This document shows positions 49,930 through 59,452 of a DNA stretch of 64,000 nucleotides, piece by piece; position 1 is the first letter of the stretch, and every line of letters starts with the position of its first letter. The notes beneath the pieces were generated by a model that saw only the letters and a list, made by a program, of their open reading frames with translations, made no database searches and was not told the DNA's origin. The position numbers and the translations under genes are program-made. This DNA is from Candidatus Acidiferrum sp. (GTDB lineage: Bacteria; Acidobacteriota; Terriglobia; Acidiferrales; UBA7541), in assembly GCA_036497825.1 (NCBI GenBank), contig DASXIT010000134.1, positions 17,936 to 81,935 of the forward strand, given 5' to 3'.

Positions 49930-51569
49930 TCAAGGCAACCGGAAGCAGAAAATATCGCTGCCTGCCGCAATCGCTACATGTTGAATCCCGTTCACAGAAT
50001 AACTCATTGGCGATGCATGAATGTTTTGGCCAGTCTGAAAATGCCACAGCGGCACGCCAGACCGCGCGTCGGCCGCCTCGAATGAGCTGGCCGAATCGCC
50101 AAAAAAAAACGATTCCGCCTTCTGTCGTCATTGTTCCTCCACTCGAATGATCCGCGCCCACCTGCGGATATTTCCACACAGGAACGCTCGCTCCCAGTTC
50201 ATACGCCAGCAAAATCTTTTTTCCAGCGTCTCCGGGACTTTTCTTTACACCGGTCGCATAATACGTGTGCCCCTTGGAAAACTGCTCTGGTTTCAAGAAA
50301 TACATATCGCAATTTTCCGATGCAAGAAAATAGAACAGGCGTGTCGCTGGATTGTAGGAAGGCGCATACCAATTCGTCGCGCCCCCCAAACCCCGGACAA
50401 ACACGCGTGCCATTCCGTGAAGGCATTACATCCGTGCGAATCGGCCGTCCCTTCTCGTCGATTCCCTTTGCCCAATTGAGCTTTTCCACAAACGGCACCG
50501 CTGAAAGAAAGGCGCCGTTCGTCCGGTCAAGAACATAAAGAAATCCGTTGCGGTTGGCTTCTACCAGTAGCTTGCGAGGCTCTCCCTTATACACCGCATC
50601 AATCAGCACTCCCGTTTCGGTCGCGTCATAATCATACAGGTCGTGCGGTGTGAACTGGAAATACCATTTCAACTTGCCCGTGTCAGGATCGAGAGCAAGC
50701 ACGCAATCCGTGTAGATATCGTCGCCTGGCCGCGGCCCTCCGTCGAAATCCGGCGACGGATTGCTTGTACCCCAATACAAAGTGTTCAACTCCGGGTCAA
50801 AGGTTCCGGGCATCCACGTAGTCCCACCTCCATGCTTGTACAAATCGCCCGGCCAGCTCGACGATCCTGCCTCGCCAGGTCCAGGAATCGTCCAGAATCG
50901 CCACGCAAGCTTTCCCGTTTCCGCATCGATTGCGGCTAAAAAGCCGCGGACTCCATCGTCTCCCCCGGACGTGCCAACAAGGACCTTGTCTTTCACCACG
51001 AGAGGTGCGCTCGTCGCTCCGTAGTTCTTGTTTCCGTCGGTGTACGGCACATCCCACAGCAAATGTCCCGATCGCGCATCCAGGCAGAGCAGATGTGCGT
51101 TGTCCGTCAGCATGTACACTCGCGAATGCCAAACTCCCACCCCGCGATTGTGGTGCTGCGCAGCATCGTCGATCAGTCCTTCTGTCACCGGTCGCGCGTA
51201 GTGCCAGATGATCCGGCCCGTCTGGCTATCCAGAGCATACGCATCGTTTGCCGATGTCACGAACATCAATCCATCGACGACCACCGGCGTTACCTCGAGT
51301 GCATCGGAATGCGGCGCATGAAACACCCAAGCTGCGCGCAAATTGCCAACATTGTTCACATTGATCTGGCTCAATGCGCTGTAACGCCGCCCGGTGTAGT
51401 CACCGTTATACGACAACCAGCTAGTGCCGACCGGTTGAGCGGCAAGTTGTGCAGCCTGTACATCAACCTTCACGGAAATAGAGTTCTGCTCGGGCACTTG
51501 AGCGTCCGCGCCACCGGCAATCCATCCACATAACAAAACTACTTGCACCGCGAATTGATCCCACCGCAT
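49930..51569 (-). CDS. PQQ-dehydrogenase-like beta-propeller quinoprotein, two +1 frameshifts in homopolymers
   Basis: Signal peptide, W.SYNGDY.G.RYS, TPVVVDG, TPHDLYDYD, NRNG..YVLDR. The frame is restored by removing one G (C6 at 50382-50387) and one T (A9 at 50101-50109), giving CPGFGGATNW...FFGD...WHFQTG...ASPMSY. Confidence 0.85.
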
Positions 51570-51574
51570 CTTTT

Positions 51575-51880
51575 CTACAAGCCTCCGGATTTCGGCTGCA
51601 CATTTGCGCTTCCCAGTTCTCCGCAATCGATCCCCCGCAAATTCACAATGTTGCCACCTAATTGCGGAACAATCACTACCCTCAACCACGCTTGCCATCC
51701 TTCAAACACCGTCGACTCGATTTTGCACGGCGCGGCGAATCCATTCGCTGTCTGTCCAGGTGACGCTGCGGAAACAAAAGCCGAAATCAGAAAAAACGAA
51801 AGGGCGCGCACTGCAATTCCACGGACCTCGACTCGAATTGTCCGTGGAGGCTGCCCTTCGATAATGAAATCCCGCTTCAT
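51575..51880 (-). pseudogene. Probable truncated remnant of a secreted aldose-epimerase/DUF4380-like protein
   Basis: Signal peptide, then CKIESTVFEGWQA-WLRVVIVPQLGG and an early stop. Family resemblance is from memory only. Confidence 0.4.
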
Positions 51881-51894
51881 CAGATAAGAACCCC

Positions 51895-52680
51895 TTACAA
51901 TCGCCCAAATTTCTTCACCGCTTCTTCGATCGACTTCAATTTTTCAATCCAGGCGTACATGGAATGCTCTTTGAAGTCCATCTCTTGCGCCAGGGTCAGC
52001 ACTTTTTCCGCCTCCGCGCGTGGCACGACCACTACTCCATCCGCGTCGGCCACCACGATGTCCGCGGGTTTCACTTCGACACCATCACAAATAACCGGGA
52101 TATCCGCACCGTCGAAGCGGTAGTGATGCACCGAGGTCGAAGGAACAATTCCCAGCGCATAAACGGGAAACCCGATCTTCTGCAGATAGGCCACGTCGCG
52201 CACACCCCCATTGATCACCGCCCCAGAAAAATCTCGTGCAGACATAGCCGTTCCCATCAAGCCGCCCATCCCCGCAATATCCGCACCGTCTTCCACCACC
52301 ATCACATAAACCGAATTGGGCGCTCCTCGGTCAATCGCAGCCAGCATGCCATTTAGTGCCTGCGGATCGTCATTAGTTTCCTTTTTCAACCTGACCGTCA
52401 CCGCGTATCCGGCAAACTTTGTTGGGAAAATCGGGCGCATCCGGTGCGTCATGTACATTCGCTTTCCCGTAAGCTGTTCCAGAGCGTCGGACACCGATGC
52501 GACTTCCACATGCCGGTAACCATCTAGAAGAGAGGCGCTTTCCTGTTTTGCGTGTGGTTCCTGGCCCGCCCGCGCGGCCCGCGCCCAAGCAATCCCGCCT
52601 AGGACTGTCAAAACAACTAGTCCACTTGCAACAATTTTGTGGATCGAATGGTGTTCTTTCCTATGACGTTCTGTATTCAT
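51895..52680 (-). CDS. RraA/HMG-aldolase family protein with N-terminal signal peptide
   Basis: IVASGLVVLTVLGGIAWARA signal, VSDAL, FAGYAVTV, GGVRD, GFPVYA, DIVVADADGVVVVP. Confidence 0.85.
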   Translation of the reverse strand: MNTERHRKEHHSIHKIVASGLVVLTVLGGIAWARAARAGQEPHAKQESASLLDGYRHVEVASVSDALEQLTGKRMYMTHRMRPIFPTKFAGYAVTVRLKKETNDDPQALNGMLAAIDRGAPNSVYVMVVEDGADIAGMGGLMGTAMSARDFSGAVINGGVRDVAYLQKIGFPVYALGIVPSTSVHHYRFDGADIPVICDGVEVKPADIVVADADGVVVVPRAEAEKVLTLAQEMDFKEHSMYAWIEKLKSIEEAVKKFGRL

Positions 52681-52775
52681 GACCTTCTCCCACATCAGCA
52701 GTTGCAGACTCTACCGCAACTTCCCTCGCTCGCGAAGTGCTTTTCCGAATTCCAGGAAACCAGCGGAAAAATGAG

Positions 52776-52804
52776 TTGACACGTTTTAATCCTTGCGGTA
52801 TCAG
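52776..52804 (+). promoter_or_regulatory. Possible sigma70 promoter of the TBDT-cytochrome-lactonase unit
   Basis: TTGACA, 17-nt spacer, TATCAG. Confidence 0.45.
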
Positions 52805-52918
52805 TGACAAACTAGCAGGGGAGATTCTTGTTAGTCCAGCCTGATTTTCAAATGATAGAAGTTACCCTTCTAGTAGCAAAGGTATCGTAGCGATTCAATT
52901 CTTCGAAGGGGTATCGTC

Positions 52919-55900
52919 ATGCGTGTTTATTTCGCTCCAACGCTTGTCGTGGTTATCCTATTTCTCATAGCCATTCCCGCCTGGCCCAGCATTAACGGCA
53001 GTATCTCCGGTATCGTGACCGATCCGAGCGGCGGTGTTGTGACCGGGGCCCAAGTGGTCGCGATCGAAACTCAGACCCAGGTACGCACCGAAGTAACCAC
53101 CGACTCGAAAGGTTTCTTCAATTTTCCTACGCTTCCCATCGGCAACTACACCATAGAAATTCATGCCAATGGTTTTAAGACCTACAAGCAAGAAGGACTG
53201 GCCATTGACGCAAACTCTGCTCTTCGCGTGGATGCGACTTTGCAGCTGGGCCAGGCCACCGAGGAAGTTTCTGTTACCAGCGACGCCGTCCGGGTTGAGA
53301 CGCAAAGCACGCAAATGGGTGAAGTGATCAGCGGTTCCCGCATGACCGCTGTCCCCCTCAACGGCCGCGCCTACACCGATCTTCTTTCCCTTCAGCCCGG
53401 CGTCGTCCCCTCCGCCTATGGATCCACGGCGCCAGGTATGAACGACCGCTCGCCATCCGGTGCGCCGGCTTCAACTGGCGGTGGTGGACTTAATTCGGGC
53501 AATCAATCGGTCAATGGTCAGCGAGAAGCCGCAAATGGCTTCATGGTGAACGGCTCTAACGTTACGGAGGGAAAGAATAACGGCGCGGCGGTTATTCCTA
53601 ATCTTGATTCGATTTCTGAATTCCGGATCATCACGAATAATTTTGATGCGGAGTACGGAAACTTCAGTGGCGGCCAAATTAACGTTGCCACCAAATCCGG
53701 TACCAATGCCATCCATGGGAGCGCATTCGAATTCGTACGCAACACTGCTCTCAACGCGCGGAATTTCTATAATCCGACTTCCTCGGGCCCGAAAGGCGAG
53801 TTTAATCAGAATCAGTTTGGCGGCACTGTTGGAGGGCCCATCAAGAAGGACAAAGTTTTCGTCTTTGTTGATTATCAGGGAACGCGACAGACTCAAGGCA
53901 GTACGGTCAATACTGTCGTGCCCACCGCTGCAGACCGCACTGGGAATCTGACAGATCTCGCTTCTTCCCTTTCGAGTGCCTACGCCGCATCTTTGCAACC
54001 GGGCGGGTCACCTGCCGGTACGGTTCAGGGAGCACAGATGGCCGCAAATCTCTCCGCTGCTCTGGGCTACTCCGTAAGTACGGGGGAACCGTACTATTAC
54101 GGCGTTGGAGCGAACCCGAACAATATGACGAACGTGTGCACAAGTGGCACAGGGGCAAATCCTTGCGTCTTCCCAAATGCGCAGATTCCCATGACTGCAA
54201 TCCAACAACTCTCTCCGCCGGCTGCAGCTCTCCTGCAGGGATCCTTTATTCCGCAAGGTGATCCAATCACGGGTGCCTTCACGACATCAGCTTTCGCCAA
54301 CACATTGAATGACGACAAGGGTGGCATTCGTGTGGACGCCAATACGCATTTGGGATCCTTCTTCGCTTACTATTTTATCGACAACTACAGTGAGAACGAT
54401 GCGTACCCGAACGGTGGGGCTACTGTTCCGGGCTATAACGGACTTTCTCTTGGCCGCGCGCAATTAGTAAATCTTGGCTTTACCAAGACCGTCAACGCGA
54501 CCAGCGTGAATGAATTCCATTTCAGCTATACCCGAAACGCCGCCAATCTTTTCACTCCGCAGGGTGGTCTGGGCCATTCTCTGACTTCTCTTGGGTTTAC
54601 TGCTGCCAATTGTCCGGCAAATGCTCCAACAGCTGGTTGTCAATTCAACGGCGGCATCTTGGCCACGAGCCCCAGTCTCGAGGGTGTGCCCAACATCGTG
54701 TTTAATAACTATACGATCGGCGTGCCGGCCGATACCGTGGGCCAATTCAACAATACCTTCCAGTGGCAAGACGTCTTTTCCAAGATCATCGGCCCGCACA
54801 GCCTCCGGTTCGGCGGCCAATATCATTACGACCAGATCAACGAGCGGAATTATTACGGAGAAAATGGACAATATACGTTTAACGGAAACGAAACTGGAGT
54901 TGATTTCGCGGACTTCCTGATCGGTGCTCCGGTTAGCTTCATCCAGGCGAGCCATCAGGTTCTCGATTCTCGCTCGCAGTATCTCGGACTCTTTATTCAG
55001 GACAGTTGGCGCGTAAAGCCCAGTTTCACTTTCAACTACGGTTTGCGTTACGAAATCAGCCTCCCGTGGTATGACACGCAGAACAAAATCGAGACCATCA
55101 TTCCCGGCGAGCAATCCGTTGTCTTCCCGACCGCTCCCACAGGCTGGCTCGTGCCGGGGGATCCAAATGTTCCTCGCACTCTTGCTCCGCCCAAGTACAA
55201 CGCCTTTTCTCCCCGTCTCGGCATCGCCTATTCGCCGGATTCGACCGATGGATTCCTCGCCAAACTTACCGGTGGGCCCGGCAAAACCAGTATTCGCGCC
55301 GGCTTTGGAATCTATTACACCTCCGTCGAGGATCTGAGCCAATTCTTGGAAGTCGGCGATCCTCCGTATGGAATATTCTGGGTATCCAGTGCACCGCCCT
55401 TCTTTTCAACGCCATTTCTTTCTCGCATGGACAATAGTGTCGAAACAGCTTCCGGCACGAATCCCTTTCCATTCGTGTTTCCCCCAACGAACGTTTCTGC
55501 GAAGAACCCAGACTCGTCCTTTCCATGGCAAAACGTAGAACCAATCTCCAGCGGCTTCGTGTTCTGGCATCAAAATCGGATGCCCTATTCGGAACACTAC
55601 GAGCTTTCTCTGCAAAGACAGTTCGGGTCGAGCACCGTGGTAAGCGCAAGTTACGTGGGCAACCAGGGTCACAAATTAATCACTTCAATTGAAGCGAATC
55701 CGGGGAGCGCCTCGATTTGTAACCAGGTGAATCAACTTGTAGGCTCTGGGACGTGCGCTCCCTTTGGCGAGAACACGCAATACACACAACCCACCGGCAC
55801 ACCCACCATCCCGGGCGCTTTCTACATTCAGGGAACGAATACCATCACCGGCACGCGAACTGTTCTCAATCCGACCTCTTTTGGCAGCAATCCCTATATG

Positions 55901-56617
55901 AAGGAAATCGCCAACTCCGCGTACAACTCTTTCCAAGCCAGCGTCCGCCATTCCAGCGCCCGAGGAGAATTCCTCTTTGGATATACTGTCAGCAAGTGCC
56001 TGGACAACTCCTCCGGCTTGCAGGACACTACCAATCCTTTTAATACGCGGCTTAGCCGCTCGCTCTGCTCCTTTAACGTCACGCAGAATTTTGTCGCTAG
56101 TTACGACGTAAATTTTCAACTGGAAAAGCTATTCCATGCCGACCATGGCTTTGCGAACAAAATCTCAGCAGGTTGGTCGCTCTCTGGCATCACCACCTTC
56201 GCGACTGGTCTGCCGATTACACTTTCAGAAAACGATGACAACTCTCTGACTGGCGCCGTTGGCGTTGATGTCCCGCAGCTAAGCGGTACCGGAAGTCTCT
56301 TCACGAACAAGAATCCCCGCTCTGGTCAGCCATACTTCAATCCGGGTTACTTCACAACTGAGCCTCTCGGCCAGATCGGGAACGCCAACCGGCGATTTTT
56401 CTCCGGCCCGGGCTTGAACAACTGGGACATAGCCCTGCTCAAGAGTACGAATTTCACTGAATCCAAGGTTTTGCAATTGAGGTTTGAGACCTTCAACACC
56501 TGGAATCACGCACAATTCGAAAACCCGACCGGCGTAATCAACAGCAGTCTGTTCGGTGTGGTAACCAACGCGCGCTCTGCCCGTGTCATGCAGGTGGGCG
56601 CAAAATTCTTGTTTTAG
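52919..56617 (+). CDS. TonB-dependent receptor, Oar/acidobacterial type
   Basis: Signal peptide, VPLNGRAYTDLLSLQPG, FDAEYG, FEFVRNTALNARN, C-terminal RVMQVGAKFLF. Confidence 0.92.
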   Translation: MRVYFAPTLVVVILFLIAIPAWPSINGSISGIVTDPSGGVVTGAQVVAIETQTQVRTEVTTDSKGFFNFPTLPIGNYTIEIHANGFKTYKQEGLAIDANSALRVDATLQLGQATEEVSVTSDAVRVETQSTQMGEVISGSRMTAVPLNGRAYTDLLSLQPGVVPSAYGSTAPGMNDRSPSGAPASTGGGGLNSGNQSVNGQREAANGFMVNGSNVTEGKNNGAAVIPNLDSISEFRIITNNFDAEYGNFSGGQINVATKSGTNAIHGSAFEFVRNTALNARNFYNPTSSGPKGEFNQNQFGGTVGGPIKKDKVFVFVDYQGTRQTQGSTVNTVVPTAADRTGNLTDLASSLSSAYAASLQPGGSPAGTVQGAQMAANLSAALGYSVSTGEPYYYGVGANPNNMTNVCTSGTGANPCVFPNAQIPMTAIQQLSPPAAALLQGSFIPQGDPITGAFTTSAFANTLNDDKGGIRVDANTHLGSFFAYYFIDNYSENDAYPNGGATVPGYNGLSLGRAQLVNLGFTKTVNATSVNEFHFSYTRNAANLFTPQGGLGHSLTSLGFTAANCPANAPTAGCQFNGGILATSPSLEGVPNIVFNNYTIGVPADTVGQFNNTFQWQDVFSKIIGPHSLRFGGQYHYDQINERNYYGENGQYTFNGNETGVDFADFLIGAPVSFIQASHQVLDSRSQYLGLFIQDSWRVKPSFTFNYGLRYEISLPWYDTQNKIETIIPGEQSVVFPTAPTGWLVPGDPNVPRTLAPPKYNAFSPRLGIAYSPDSTDGFLAKLTGGPGKTSIRAGFGIYYTSVEDLSQFLEVGDPPYGIFWVSSAPPFFSTPFLSRMDNSVETASGTNPFPFVFPPTNVSAKNPDSSFPWQNVEPISSGFVFWHQNRMPYSEHYELSLQRQFGSSTVVSASYVGNQGHKLITSIEANPGSASICNQVNQLVGSGTCAPFGENTQYTQPTGTPTIPGAFYIQGTNTITGTRTVLNPTSFGSNPYMKEIANSAYNSFQASVRHSSARGEFLFGYTVSKCLDNSSGLQDTTNPFNTRLSRSLCSFNVTQNFVASYDVNFQLEKLFHADHGFANKISAGWSLSGITTFATGLPITLSENDDNSLTGAVGVDVPQLSGTGSLFTNKNPRSGQPYFNPGYFTTEPLGQIGNANRRFFSGPGLNNWDIALLKSTNFTESKVLQLRFETFNTWNHAQFENPTGVINSSLFGVVTNARSARVMQVGAKFLF

Positions 56618-56708
56618 CAGTGGCGGACCAAAATAATTTGGCGCTTCATCAGGCCATAAACGCCGAGTGCGCCCTCCGAGTAAGTATTTGAAAGAGAGCT
56701 TCTCTTCC

Positions 56709-57557
56709 ATGTACGCGCGTCGCATCCACAAGATAGCAAGTGCAGTTGTCTGCGCAATTTTGGCCTTGGCCCGTGGCACTTACACTGCCCAGACTGCGCC
56801 ACAGTCAAGAATTATGCGGGCGCAACAACAAACAACGTCTGGCCGCGCCACTTTCGAATCGACTTGCGCGGCCTGCCATGGTCTTGACGGCCAAGGTGGC
56901 GAGCGCGGCCCCAACATTGCCTCACGCCGCGAGGTCCTTCGACTCTCCGACTCTGAACTGCTCAAAATTCTTCACGACGGAATTCCTTCCGCCGGCATGC
57001 CTCCTTTTGCTTCCCTCGGCAGCGCCAAGCTTGCCGCTCTCGTCGCCTATGTCCGCACGCTCCAAGGGAACGGAAAAGTCGTCGCAATTCCCGGGGATCC
57101 GCAAAAAGGCAAACAACTCTTCTTCGGCTCTAGTCGCTGCTCGGAATGTCATATGGTTCGCGGAAAAGGAGGTTTCGTCGCCGCCGATCTTTCCCATTAC
57201 GCCGCGACTCTCTCTCTGCCCGAAATCCGCGCCGCGATCACCAATCCCGGGATCGATTCTCCGCAGCGCAGCACTCTCATCGCCGTCATTCTGCACAATG
57301 GCCAAGTGGTCGAGGGTGTCATTCGAAACGAAGACAATTTCTCGCTCCAGTTGCAATCTCTCGACGGAACCTTCCATCTCTTTCAGAAATCAGACATCGC
57401 TAAAGTCGAGCCTCACGCGCAAACCCTGATGCCTTCGGATTACGCCTCCACCCTCACTGCTGCTCAGCTCGATGATTTGATCGGATATCTGATGACCGTT
57501 GCCCGGGAAACGAAAGGCGCGTCCTCTGGCAAACCAAACTGGGAGGACGATGATTGA
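56709..57557 (+). CDS. Periplasmic diheme c-type cytochrome
   Basis: Signal peptide, CAACH and CSECH motifs, GMP and LMP axial Met candidates. Confidence 0.88.
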   Translation: MYARRIHKIASAVVCAILALARGTYTAQTAPQSRIMRAQQQTTSGRATFESTCAACHGLDGQGGERGPNIASRREVLRLSDSELLKILHDGIPSAGMPPFASLGSAKLAALVAYVRTLQGNGKVVAIPGDPQKGKQLFFGSSRCSECHMVRGKGGFVAADLSHYAATLSLPEIRAAITNPGIDSPQRSTLIAVILHNGQVVEGVIRNEDNFSLQLQSLDGTFHLFQKSDIAKVEPHAQTLMPSDYASTLTAAQLDDLIGYLMTVARETKGASSGKPNWEDDD

Positions 57558-57638
57558 TTCGTTCCTCAGTTTGCCTGGTCAACGAATGAGTTATTCAATC
57601 TCGCTCACCCACATTTCGACTCCCTTGAACAGGACACC

Positions 57639-58604
57639 ATGATGAAAAAACTCTGCCTCTTGACGCTAACTCTGTTTCTGCTGGCCATCCCTCTTCACGC
57701 GCAAGAGGCTAAACCTCCTAAGCGCCAGTTCCAGCTCAAAGCGGAATCCCCCCAATTCTGGAAATTTATTCCGCAAGACGCCAAGCTCGAAATGCTCGCC
57801 ACCGGATTTGGCTTCACCGAAGGCCCAGTTTGGGATCTAGCAGGGTTTGTTTATGTCAGCGACGAGGAACTCAATAAAATTTTCCGCGTCTATCCAGACG
57901 GCCACAAGGAAGTTCTCCTTTCGCTTGGCGATCCGGATGGCAACACCTACGATCAGCAGCATCGCCTCCTCGATTGCGCCAGCTATCTGCGTGCCATTAT
58001 CCGCATTACCCCTGACGGCCAATACACCACACTCGCGGATCACTTCGAAGGAAAGAAATTCAACAGCCCCAACGATGTCGTTGTCGGTCCTGATGACGCA
58101 ATCTATTTCACCGATCCTGCCCTGGATGTCCCTCCAGGTGAAAAACAGGAACTCACTTTCCAAGGCGTATATCGGCTAGACACAAACGGTAAGGTCACGC
58201 TACTGACCAAAGAACTCACCCAGCCCAACGGCCTGGCTTTCTCTCCCGATGGCAAACACCTGTATATAGACGATAGCCAGCAGCGTAACATCCGCGTTTA
58301 TGATTTTCTGCCGGGTGGGACGTTAGCTAACAGCCGCATCTTCGGTGAAGAACCGGGCGGCAAGGGCGATGGCGTTCCGGACGGCATGCGCGTCGATCGC
58401 GAAGGCAATCTCTACGTCACCGGCCCGGGCGGCATTTGGGTCTGGGATTCCCACGGCCAACATCTCGGCACAATCTTCCTGCCTGAGCAGCCTGCCAATC
58501 TCGCCTGGGGCGATCCGGATCTCAACACGCTCTACATTACTGCAACTACCTCAGTCTATAAGCTGAAAATTTCCGCCCAAGGTTTCGTCCCATATTTGAA
58601 ATAG
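57639..58604 (+). CDS. Secreted SMP-30/gluconolactonase family protein
   Basis: Sec signal (LLAIPLHA), FTEGPVW, NSPND, PNGLAFSPD, PDGMRVD. Confidence 0.9.
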   Translation: MMKKLCLLTLTLFLLAIPLHAQEAKPPKRQFQLKAESPQFWKFIPQDAKLEMLATGFGFTEGPVWDLAGFVYVSDEELNKIFRVYPDGHKEVLLSLGDPDGNTYDQQHRLLDCASYLRAIIRITPDGQYTTLADHFEGKKFNSPNDVVVGPDDAIYFTDPALDVPPGEKQELTFQGVYRLDTNGKVTLLTKELTQPNGLAFSPDGKHLYIDDSQQRNIRVYDFLPGGTLANSRIFGEEPGGKGDGVPDGMRVDREGNLYVTGPGGIWVWDSHGQHLGTIFLPEQPANLAWGDPDLNTLYITATTSVYKLKISAQGFVPYLK

Positions 58605-58637
58605 CAAAAATTAAGAACTAATCAGTCATTCGCAATC

Positions 58638-59402
58638 TCAGCGTGCGAGCCAACCGCCATCGACCACAAGTACATGGCCATGTACGTAATCACTGGCAGC
58701 GGAACACAGAAAAATGGCTGCTCCTGCAAGATCGGGAGGTTCTCCCCAGCGGCCCGCGGGAATCCGATCGAGGATCTGGCGGCTGCGGAGTTGGTCGTCG
58801 CGGAGGGCGGCAGTGTTGTCTGTGACCATGTAACCGGGTGCGATGGCGTTTACATTAATCCCCTTGGCCGCCCATTCATTTGCGAACGCTCGAGTGAGTT
58901 GAACGACTCCCCCTTTGGCCGCCGCATACGACGGGACTAGAATTCCTCCCTGGAAGGAAAGCACTGAAGCAATATTCAAGATTTTTCCGGGACTGGCTTG
59001 CTTGAACATTTGGCGTGCCGCCAGTTGCGAGAGGCGAAAGACTGCTGTCAGATCGATAGAGATGACTTGGTTCCAATCTTCGAAGGCGTGTTCGACAGCC
59101 GGTGAGCGACGGATGATGCCAGCATTGTTGACGAGGATATCGAGCGAACCAAATTCCGAAACAGTTTTCTCGATTAGGGCGGAGCAGACCTGTGATTCAG
59201 CCAGGTCGCCAGAGAAATAAGCCGAGCGACCTCCAAGCGCTTGAATATCCGCGCAGATGGTTCCTGGCTGCGAACTAAGACCATGGCACGCAACATTGGC
59301 ACCCGCTTCGGCGAGCGCGAGCGCGATGCTGGCACCTAGCCCTCTATGTGATCCGGTAACCAGTGCATTCTTGCCGTTGAGTTGGAAGGCTGAAAGGCTC
59401 AT
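58638..59402 (-). CDS. kduD: 2-dehydro-3-deoxy-D-gluconate 5-dehydrogenase-like SDR
   Basis: TGSHRGLG, NNAGIIRR, IASVLSFQGGILVPSYAAAKGG, NAIAPGYM.TDNT, RIPAGRWG, DGGWLAR. Confidence 0.85.
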   Translation of the reverse strand: MSLSAFQLNGKNALVTGSHRGLGASIALALAEAGANVACHGLSSQPGTICADIQALGGRSAYFSGDLAESQVCSALIEKTVSEFGSLDILVNNAGIIRRSPAVEHAFEDWNQVISIDLTAVFRLSQLAARQMFKQASPGKILNIASVLSFQGGILVPSYAAAKGGVVQLTRAFANEWAAKGINVNAIAPGYMVTDNTAALRDDQLRSRQILDRIPAGRWGEPPDLAGAAIFLCSAASDYVHGHVLVVDGGWLAR

Positions 59403-59452
59403 CGATTCACTCCCCCGAAAATAGTAGTGCGGAAGTCTGTTGCAGAGCAGGA

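Noticed and set aside
49930-51569. XoxF/MxaF methanol dehydrogenase
   Set aside because: It lacks the vicinal Cys-Cys, and there are no xoxJ/mxa genes. D-Y-D alone is not diagnostic.
51895-52680. RNase E regulator RraA
   Set aside because: An export signal and metabolic operon context are incompatible with that role.
54464-55342. 292-aa antisense ORF
   Set aside because: Shadow of the TBDT coding strand with no protein motif.
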